Of a DNA stretch of 64,000 nucleotides, positions 21,058-29,200 are shown in pieces. Under the pieces are notes generated by a model. The model did no database searches. It was not told where the DNA came from and saw nothing but the letters and a program-made list of their open reading frames with translations. The position numbers and the translations under genes were made by a program. Source of the stretch: Planctomycetota bacterium (lineage in GTDB: Bacteria; Planctomycetota; B15-G4); assembly GCA_965248575.1 (NCBI GenBank), contig CBDFJQ010000002.1:1024001-1088000 (forward strand), in the 5' to 3' direction. The first letter of the stretch is position 1. Every line of letters starts with the position of its first letter.

Positions 21058-21959
21058 GCTGCAGGACCCCTCAATCGGCGTTCGATGTCGACGTAACGTT
21101 CGCGTGCCTTGTTCATGATCGCCTCGGGTAGCTCGGGCGCTGGGGGAGTCTTGTCCCACCCCATGTCGAGCAGCGCATCGCGGATCACCTGCTTGTCGTA
21201 GCTGTCCTGGGCGCGTCCGGGGGCGTAGGTGTCTTCCAACCAGTAGCGCGAAGAGTCCGGCGTGAAGACCTCGTCGATCAGGGTCAGTTGGTCCTGCACC
21301 AGACCAAACTCGAACTTGGTGTCCGCGAGCAGGATGCCCCGCGCGGCGGCGTGTTGCGATGCGGCGTCAAAGAGCGCCAGCGCCAGCGCTCCGGCCCTGG
21401 TCGCCAGGTCCACACCGACGATGTGTGCCAGCTGGGCGACACTGATGTTCTCGTCGTGCTGGCCCATGGGGGCCTTGGTGCTCGGCGTCAAGATCGCCTC
21501 GGGCAGCTTGCTGCTCTCCTGCAGGCCTGCGGGCAACTTGTGGCCGCAGATCTCACCAGTGCGCTGGTATTCCTTCCAGCCCGAGCCTGCGACGTAACCC
21601 CGGACGATGAACTCGGCCTTGAGTGGGGACGCCTTCTTGACCCACATCGAACGCCCTGCCAACGCATCGGCATGCCGCTGCACTGACTCGGGCATCTTGG
21701 AGACGTCGGTCTCGATCACGTGGTTCTGCAGCACGCTGGCCGTCTTCTCGAACCAGAACGTGCTCAGGCTCGTGAGCAGCTGCCCCTTGCCTTCCAAGCG
21801 CTGGGGCAGGATCACGTCGAAGGCGGACACGCGATCGGACGCCACCAGCAGCAGGCTGGATTCGTCCACTGAGTAGATGTCCCGGACCTTTCCACTGTGC
21901 AGCCGCGTCAGGCCGTCCAACTCTGCATCGAGTGTGTTTTCGGGTGTCTCGATCGTCAT
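21054..21959 (-). CDS. purC: SAICAR synthetase
   Basis: GKVRDIY, SDRVSAFD, TPSTKA, ADTKFEFG, DEVFTPDSSRYW. Confidence 0.97.
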   Translation of the reverse strand: MTIETPENTLDAELDGLTRLHSGKVRDIYSVDESSLLLVASDRVSAFDVILPQRLEGKGQLLTSLSTFWFEKTASVLQNHVIETDVSKMPESVQRHADALAGRSMWVKKASPLKAEFIVRGYVAGSGWKEYQRTGEICGHKLPAGLQESSKLPEAILTPSTKAPMGQHDENISVAQLAHIVGVDLATRAGALALALFDAASQHAAARGILLADTKFEFGLVQDQLTLIDEVFTPDSSRYWLEDTYAPGRAQDSYDKQVIRDALLDMGWDKTPPAPELPEAIMNKARERYVDIERRLRGPAA

Positions 21960-22180
21960 CTCTTGGACCCTCCTGTGATCCGTTTGTCCGTGTCGCGGCG
22001 CCCGGAGCAGACGAGGTGAAGACTCCGAGCCCGGTGTGGAAGCGGCGGATCATACCGCACGGGCGAGGGCTCGATCGACCACAGCTACGCTCTTCCGAGT
22101 GGCTCGATGACCTGGCTATGCTGACTGGCAGCTCCAGCTCTCACGCCAACCCAGCCCTCCTTCCACACCCCGGACAGCCC

Positions 22181-23155
22181 ATGGCCGCTCCCTTCAAGTT
22201 GCTCGTGACCGGCGGAGCCGGCTACATCGGCAGTCATGCGACCCGGGCCCTGCGCGCCGCGGGGCACGACGTGGTGGTCTACGACGACCTCTCCGAGGGT
22301 TTCGAGAAGGCCGTCCTGGGGGCACCCTTGGTGGTCGCGGACATTCTCGACACCGAAACCCTGGCCGCGACCCTCAAGGGGCGCGAGATCGACGCCGTGC
22401 TGCACTTCGCTGCCCGTTGCTATGTGGGCGAGTCCATGGAGAAGCCCGACCTCTACTGGCGCATCAACCGGGACGGCACCCGCTCGCTGCTGAAGGCCAT
22501 GGGCGCGGTGGGGGTGCACAAGCTCGTGTTCTCCTCCACGTGCGCGGTGTACGGCCTGCCCGACCAGGTGCCGTTGGTGGAGGACATGCCGCACCGCCCC
22601 CTGAGCGTCTACGGGGAAACCAAATCGGCCATGGAGGCGGAGATCGCCCAAGCGGTGGACAGCTCGCCCTTGGAAGCGGTGATCTTCCGGTACTTCAACG
22701 CAGCCGGTGCCAGCGTCGATGCCGTGCTGGGGGAGCACCATGACCCGGAGACGCACCTGATCCCCCTGGCGCTCATGGCAGCACGAGACGGCAGAACCTT
22801 GACGGTCAACGGCAACGACTACCCCACGGCGGACGGCACCTGCATCCGTGACTATGTGCACGTCTGCGATCTGGCGGACGCCCACGTGCGCGGCGTCGAA
22901 CGCCTCCTGGATGGTAAGCCCGGCCTGACCGCCAACCTCGGCAGCGGCCACGGCAACTCGGTGCTTGAGATCCTGGAGGCGGTGCGCAGCGTCACCGGGC
23001 TTCCGCTGGAGACGCTGACCGGCCCGCGTCGGCCTGGCGACCCTGCAGCTCTCTACGCCGCCGCGGATCGAGCCCGGGAACTCCTGGGATGGCAACCCGA
23101 ATACACGCGCATCGAGACCATCGTGGAGCACGCATGGAGCGCACTCCGCGCCTGA
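22181..23155 (+). CDS. galE: UDP-glucose 4-epimerase
   Basis: TGGAGYIGSH, FSSTCAVYG, YGETK, RYFNAAGA, DGTCIRDYVHV. Confidence 0.93.
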   Translation: MAAPFKLLVTGGAGYIGSHATRALRAAGHDVVVYDDLSEGFEKAVLGAPLVVADILDTETLAATLKGREIDAVLHFAARCYVGESMEKPDLYWRINRDGTRSLLKAMGAVGVHKLVFSSTCAVYGLPDQVPLVEDMPHRPLSVYGETKSAMEAEIAQAVDSSPLEAVIFRYFNAAGASVDAVLGEHHDPETHLIPLALMAARDGRTLTVNGNDYPTADGTCIRDYVHVCDLADAHVRGVERLLDGKPGLTANLGSGHGNSVLEILEAVRSVTGLPLETLTGPRRPGDPAALYAAADRARELLGWQPEYTRIETIVEHAWSALRA

Positions 23156-23937
23156 TCGTGCTGGGCTCGGGCACCTCTGTCCCGCGCGCCGGTCGCACCA
23201 CGAGCTGCTATCTGGTCGACCCAGGGGACGGACGCGCCCTGCTGATCGACCTGGGCCCCGGCGCCCTGCAACGAGCAGCCGCCTTGGGCTACGACCTGGA
23301 CCGGCTGCACGGGATCCTGGTCACCCACATCCATCCAGACCACAGCGCTGACCTCGTCGCGCTGGACTTCGCCTTGCGGAACCCCATCCCCCGTGCCGGC
23401 ATGCCAGCGCTCGACGTCTGGGGGCACGCGGACCTGGCCCTGCTGCATGCACGGGTTCGCAACGCATGGCCGGGCTGGCTGGGCAGCGGCCCTGAGCGGC
23501 TGCGGCTGCAGACCGTAGAGGTCTCTCGCCGGGCTTCGACGGCTGGCACCCCCGTGGACGCCCCGGGCTTCCGGCACGTGGCTGCCTTTCCCATCGCCCA
23601 CACCCAGAGCTCCGTCGGCTATCGCCTGACCTTGCCCAATGGCTTCGTGATCGCCTTCTCGGGGGATGCCGCCGAGGGCGCGGGGCTGCTGGATCTTGGC
23701 CGCGACAGCGACTTGTTCGTGCTGGAGGCCGCCGTTCCCGAATCACGGCCGGTCGAAGGGCACCTCTCTCCAGAACGCGCGGCTCGGGTGGGGCAGGCCT
23801 CTGGCACCCGTCATCTGCTCCTGACGCACTTCTATCCGGGGGTTCTGGGGGAGCCCATGCGCCCTCGCGTTCGCAGCGCATTTCGGGGTCGGCTCAGCCT
23901 GGCAGAAGATGGGATGATCCTTCCGCTCGTGCCCTGA
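23134..23937 (+). CDS. Metallo-beta-lactamase-fold hydrolase, RNase Z/BN-like
   Basis: LGSGTSVP, DLGPG, THIHPDH (HxHxDH), SGD, LTHFYP. Confidence 0.85.
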   Translation: MERTPRLIVLGSGTSVPRAGRTTSCYLVDPGDGRALLIDLGPGALQRAAALGYDLDRLHGILVTHIHPDHSADLVALDFALRNPIPRAGMPALDVWGHADLALLHARVRNAWPGWLGSGPERLRLQTVEVSRRASTAGTPVDAPGFRHVAAFPIAHTQSSVGYRLTLPNGFVIAFSGDAAEGAGLLDLGRDSDLFVLEAAVPESRPVEGHLSPERAARVGQASGTRHLLLTHFYPGVLGEPMRPRVRSAFRGRLSLAEDGMILPLVP

Positions 23938-23983
23938 GCCCAACAAAGAGAGACCCACAAGGACCCCAGCCCGGGACCTCTGC

Positions 23984-25444
23984 ATGTCTGCCCACGCCCT
24001 GTGCCTGCTCGCCCTCTCCATCCTGGGTCTGGGCGACTCCGTGGAACAGGTTCTGGGCCGGCCCATCCTGGCTGGTGCCTCGGTCTCCGTGGCCGTGGCC
24101 GACGCCGAGACAGGGGAGCCGATCTTTTCCAAGAACCTCGACGTGCCGCGCACGCCTGCCAGCAACCTCAAGCTGGTGAGCACGGCCGCAGCCCTGTCGA
24201 GCCTGGGGCCGGACTATGTCTTCGCCACGCGGCTCATGGCAGCGAACGCCAACGAACAGGGCCCGCTTGTCAACCGTGACGGCACTCTGCAAGGGGACCT
24301 GATCCTGCTGGGCGGGGGAGACCCGTGCTTGCGCTCGGACACCCTGCGCGACCAGCCCGATCAGGTGGACGACGCCGCTCGACTCCTGGCGGACCTGCTG
24401 AAGTCCAAGGGCGTCAAGCGCATCGATGGAGCGCTCGTGCTGGACGACGCCTTCCTGGATCGGCAGTGGGTGCACCCGGAATGGGATCTGTCCGATCTCG
24501 ACTTCCCCTACGCCGCACCTATCAGCGCGCTGTCAATCCACGGCAACTGCCTCACGATCTCCGTGGATGGTCGCAGCGGCGGCAGTCACCCCGTCGCCTC
24601 CCTGCGCCACGAGGTGGACGGCTACGACCTGCGCAATGAGGTCAAGTGGGCGAGCGCGACGCGCACCTTCAGCGTGGGCGCCCTGCGTCCGGACGACCGC
24701 GGTGGTATCCGCCTGCGAGGTTCGATATCGCACGGCCTCGAACCGCACGAGTTGCGTGTGCCCGTTCGGGACGGGGCGCTGCTCTTCGGGCGCTGCCTCA
24801 TGTCGCAGCTCGAACGGGTGGGCATCCACGTGCGGGATGGCATGCAGAGGGAAGGAGGAGCAGCACGCTCCCTCGGCAGCTCCTCCGAACTGGTGCGCTT
24901 GGAGACGCCTCTGTCTCTCGCCGTGATCCTGGCCAACAAGGAGAGTGACAACTCCATCAGCGACCACGTGTTCAAGGTGCTCGGCGCAGAGATCCTCGGC
25001 AAGGGTTCCTTTTCAGGCGGAGCCGAAGCCACGGAGCGCTTCCTCAAGAACACGGTGAAGACCCGGATTCCGGGCTTCTCCATGGCAGATGGCTCTGGGC
25101 TCGCATCCACCAACCGCATCACCGTGCGCCAGATGGTGGACATGCTCGTGGCCATGAACACCTCCAGCGCCCCCGTCCGGGACCTCTTCCTGCGCTCGCT
25201 GCCGGTGGCCGGAATGGACGGATCCTTGCGCGATCGACTCACGCAGCCGGGCTACGCGGGGCGAGTGCGCGCCAAGTCCGGATACATCAGCGGGGTCTCA
25301 GGCCTCTCCGGCTACGTCCAAACGAGGTCCGAGCGTGTGCTCGCCTTCTCGATCCTGATCAATGACGTCCCCAAGGGCGTGGGCAATCGGTTCATGAAGA
25401 TCGTGCAGGATGACATCTGCCGGGACCTCGTCGACCGCTACTGA
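23984..25444 (+). CDS. dacB: D-Ala-D-Ala carboxypeptidase/endopeptidase PBP4 (peptidase S13)
   Basis: PASNLK (SxxK), SDN, DGSGL, AKSG..LSGY; signal peptide. Confidence 0.93.
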   Translation: MSAHALCLLALSILGLGDSVEQVLGRPILAGASVSVAVADAETGEPIFSKNLDVPRTPASNLKLVSTAAALSSLGPDYVFATRLMAANANEQGPLVNRDGTLQGDLILLGGGDPCLRSDTLRDQPDQVDDAARLLADLLKSKGVKRIDGALVLDDAFLDRQWVHPEWDLSDLDFPYAAPISALSIHGNCLTISVDGRSGGSHPVASLRHEVDGYDLRNEVKWASATRTFSVGALRPDDRGGIRLRGSISHGLEPHELRVPVRDGALLFGRCLMSQLERVGIHVRDGMQREGGAARSLGSSSELVRLETPLSLAVILANKESDNSISDHVFKVLGAEILGKGSFSGGAEATERFLKNTVKTRIPGFSMADGSGLASTNRITVRQMVDMLVAMNTSSAPVRDLFLRSLPVAGMDGSLRDRLTQPGYAGRVRAKSGYISGVSGLSGYVQTRSERVLAFSILINDVPKGVGNRFMKIVQDDICRDLVDRY

Positions 25445-25449
25445 ATCCC

Positions 25450-26283
25450 GTGACTGCCGACGACATCCCCCAGCTCCTCGCTTTCGCCGTGGAGACCGCC
25501 CGCTCGGCAGGTGAGGTCATCGCGCAGCACGATCTGGGCCAGCCCCACGCCGCCCCCGACGTGACCATGAAGGGCTTGCGCGACCCCGTCACGGTGGCTG
25601 ACCTGGCTGCCGAGCGTCACATCGTCAGTCGCATCCGTGCGGCCTACCCCGCGAACGCCATCTTCGCGGAGGAGGAAACGCGCGATACCCGGCGCGACGG
25701 CCTCACCTGGTATGTGGACCCCCTCGATGGCACCGTGAATTTCAGCCAGGCACACCCGTTCTACGCCGTGTCCATCGCCCTCTACGACGGGCCCACACCG
25801 CTGGTCGGCGTCGTCCACGCCCCGCGACTGGGCGAGACCTTCGCCGCCGGGCGGGGGTTGGGCGCCACGCTCAACGGCATGCCGCTGCAGGTGTCCTCCA
25901 AGGACGCGTTGATCCAGGCCGTGCTCGCCACGGGCTTCGCCTACAAGCGCAACGAACTGGCGGACAACAACGTGGGTCACTTCACCGACTTCATCCTGAA
26001 GGTGCGTGGGATGCGGCGCTGCGGATCAGCGGCGCTGGACCTGGCCTACACCGCGGCCGGCCGCCTGGATGGCTACTGGGAGCCGCATCTGAATCCCTTC
26101 GATGTGGCAGCCGGTGCCTTGCTGGTGCTGGAAGCGGGTGGCGTGGTCACCGACATGCAGGGCAGCGACGGCTGGTTGCAGGGCGGCACCATCGCAGCTG
26201 GACCGAAGCGCATGCACGCGCTGATGCTCGATCAGCTGATTGGGCAAGAACCCGCAGCTCGCTCGGCGGGAGACGACGCATGA
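25450..26283 (+). CDS. suhB: Inositol monophosphatase family protein
   Basis: VTVAD, EE, DPLDGTVNF, RRCGSAALDL, FDVAAG. Confidence 0.9.
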   Translation: MTADDIPQLLAFAVETARSAGEVIAQHDLGQPHAAPDVTMKGLRDPVTVADLAAERHIVSRIRAAYPANAIFAEEETRDTRRDGLTWYVDPLDGTVNFSQAHPFYAVSIALYDGPTPLVGVVHAPRLGETFAAGRGLGATLNGMPLQVSSKDALIQAVLATGFAYKRNELADNNVGHFTDFILKVRGMRRCGSAALDLAYTAAGRLDGYWEPHLNPFDVAAGALLVLEAGGVVTDMQGSDGWLQGGTIAAGPKRMHALMLDQLIGQEPAARSAGDDA

Positions 26284-29200
26284 CGCTGCAAGACGTCGTC
26301 GTGCGTGGGGCCCGGGAACACAACCTGCAAGGGGTGGATGTCACCATCCCGCGGCTTGCGCTGACGACCATCACGGGCGTCTCGGGCTCCGGCAAGAGCT
26401 CCCTGGCCTTCGACACCATCTATCAAGAGGGTCAGCGACGGTACGTCGAGAGCCTCTCGTCCTACGCCCGCCAATTCCTGGGGCGGATGGAGAAGCCCAA
26501 GATCGATCAGATCGATGGCCTCTCTCCGACGCTGCTCATCGATCAGAAGACGGTCAACCGCAACCCGCGCTCCACGGTGGGCACGGTGACCGAGATCTAC
26601 GACTCCCTCAGATTGCTCTTCGCACGCTTGGGAATCCCGCACTGCGCGGTCTGCGGTGCAGCCGTGAAGGCGCAACCCGTCGACAGCATCGTGGAGACGA
26701 TCCTGGCCCGTTGGCCCGGGGAACGCATCGCGCTGCTTGCGCCCATCGTCCGGGATCGCAAGGGCACCTACCGAAGGGACCTCGAAGGCTGGCGGCTCAA
26801 GGGCTACACCCGGGTCTGGGTGGACGGCGTGGAGCGGCGGCTCGATGAAGAGATCGAGCTGGTGCGCAACGAGCGCCACACCCTCGAGCTGGTGGTGGAC
26901 CGCGTGCGACTGGAAGCCGAGCGCGTGGGGCGGCTCAGCGAAGGGGTCGAAACCGCCTGTCGCCTGGCCGATGGCTTCGTGCACGTGCGCGTCGGCAAGG
27001 GCGAGCCCACCGCCTTCTCCACCCGCAACACCTGCCCGGAAGGGCACGGCGACTTCCCGGAGTTGGAGCCCCGGCTGTTCTCCTTCAACTCACCGCACGG
27101 CGCCTGCCCGGCCTGCGAAGGCCTCGGCAAACGCCGCCAACCCGACCCCGACCTGCTCATCGCAGACGCCGGTCTGTCCATTCGTGACGGAGCCCTGAGA
27201 GTCAGCAACAAGACGGGCTACATGAGCTATGTGCGGCTCGGCCCCAAGAGCCTCGACGCGGTGGCAGCGGCCTTCGACATCGACCTCGATGTTCCCTGGA
27301 AGAAGCTCCCCAAGCGCGCCAAGCGGGTGATGCTGCACGGCTCCGGGGAGCGCGAAGTGACGCTCGAGTGGGATTGGAAGTCCCGCGACGGCAACAAGAC
27401 CGTGCACGGCTCGGACACGAAGCCCTTCGAAGGCCTGCTGCCAGCCATCGAGCGCCATGTGGGGCTGCCCGGCTTCCGCCAGGTCGAACGCTTCCTCGCC
27501 ACGCGCATCTGCGACGACTGCGAAGGCACGCGGCTGGGCCCGTCCCCGCGCGCCGTCACCTTCCACGATCTACGCTTGGATGAACTGACGGCCCTCACGG
27601 TGAGCGAGGCCCGCAAGTTCTTCCAGTCGCTCTCCTTCAGTGAGCGCGAGAAGCTGGTTGGCAAGCCGATCCTGGCCGAGATCACCAAGCGCCTGAGCTT
27701 CCTCGACGAGGTGGGGCTCGAGTACCTGAGCCTCGATCGCAGCTCCCGCACCCTGTCTGGCGGGGAGGCCCAGCGCGTGCGCCTGGCCACCCAGGTGGGC
27801 TCCGGCCTGCAGGGCGTGCTCTACGTCCTGGATGAGCCGTCCATCGGCCTGCACGCCCGGGACAACCAGCGCCTGATCGCCACCCTTCACGCCTTGCGCG
27901 ACCGCGGCAACACGGTGCTCGTGGTGGAGCATGACGAGGAGACGATCCTCGCCAGCGACCACATCATCGACATCGGGCCGGGGGCAGGGCGCCTGGGCGG
28001 GCACGTGCTCTCCGAGGGCACGGCCGCGGAGGTCTTGCGCGGGACCCAGACGCTGACGACGGACTACCTCACCGGTCGGCGCGGAATCGACCTGCCGCAG
28101 CAGCGACGGACAGGCAACGGCGAGCAGCTCTCGATCCTGGGTGCCAGCGCACGCAACCTCGTGGACCTGGACGTCTCCTTTCCGCTGGGCTGCCTGATCG
28201 CGGTGACGGGTGTCTCGGGCAGCGGCAAGTCCACCCTCGTCGACCATGTGCTCCGTCGCTCCCTCGCACGCACCCTGCATCGCGCCGAAAAGGTACCTGG
28301 GGAACACCGCGAGATCCGCGGCATCGAGCAGGTCGACAAGATCATCGAGATCGATCAGCAGCCCATCGGGCGCACGCCCCGCAGCAATCCCGCTACGTAC
28401 ACCGGGGTCATGGACCTCATCCGGGACGTGTTCGCCAACACGCCCGAAGCGAAGGTTCGCGGCTATGCCAAGGGGCGCTTCTCCTTCAACGTTAAGGGCG
28501 GACGCTGCGAGTCCTGCGAGGGCGCAGGGGTCAACACCATCGAGATGCAGTTCCTGCCCGATGTCCAGGTGCCCTGCGAGGTGTGCAACCGCCGCCGCTA
28601 CAACAGCGAAACGCTGGAGATCCAGTACCGCGGCCAGGCCATCGACCAGATCCTCGACATGACCGTGGACGAGGGGCTCGAGTTCTTCGCGCACCACCGC
28701 AAGACAGGGCGCATCCTGCAGACACTTCACGACGTCGGTCTCGGCTACGTCAGCCTCGGGCAACCGTCCACGACCCTCTCCGGAGGCGAGGCGCAGCGCA
28801 TGAAACTGGCCTCGGAGCTGTGCCGGCCGGCCACCGGAAGCACCCTCTATGTGCTCGACGAACCCACGACGGGCCTGCACTTCGAGGACATCCGCGTGCT
28901 CGTGGCAGCGCTTCAGCGGCTGGTCGATGCGGGGAACACCCTGATCGTCGTGGAGCACAACCTGGACGTCATCAAGGTGGCGGACCATGTGATCGACCTC
29001 GGGCCGGAAGGCGGCACAGGGGGCGGGGAGATCGTCGCCCAGGGCACGCCGGAGGAGGTGGCCGCCGTCCAGGCCTCTCACACTGGGCGCGCCTTGGCCC
29101 CCTTGCTCAAGCCGCGCAAGGTGCACATGCCCAAGGCGGTCACCAAGAAGCGCAAGGCCACCGCGGTACCTCGCGCGCTCACCGTCAAGGGCGCTTCACT

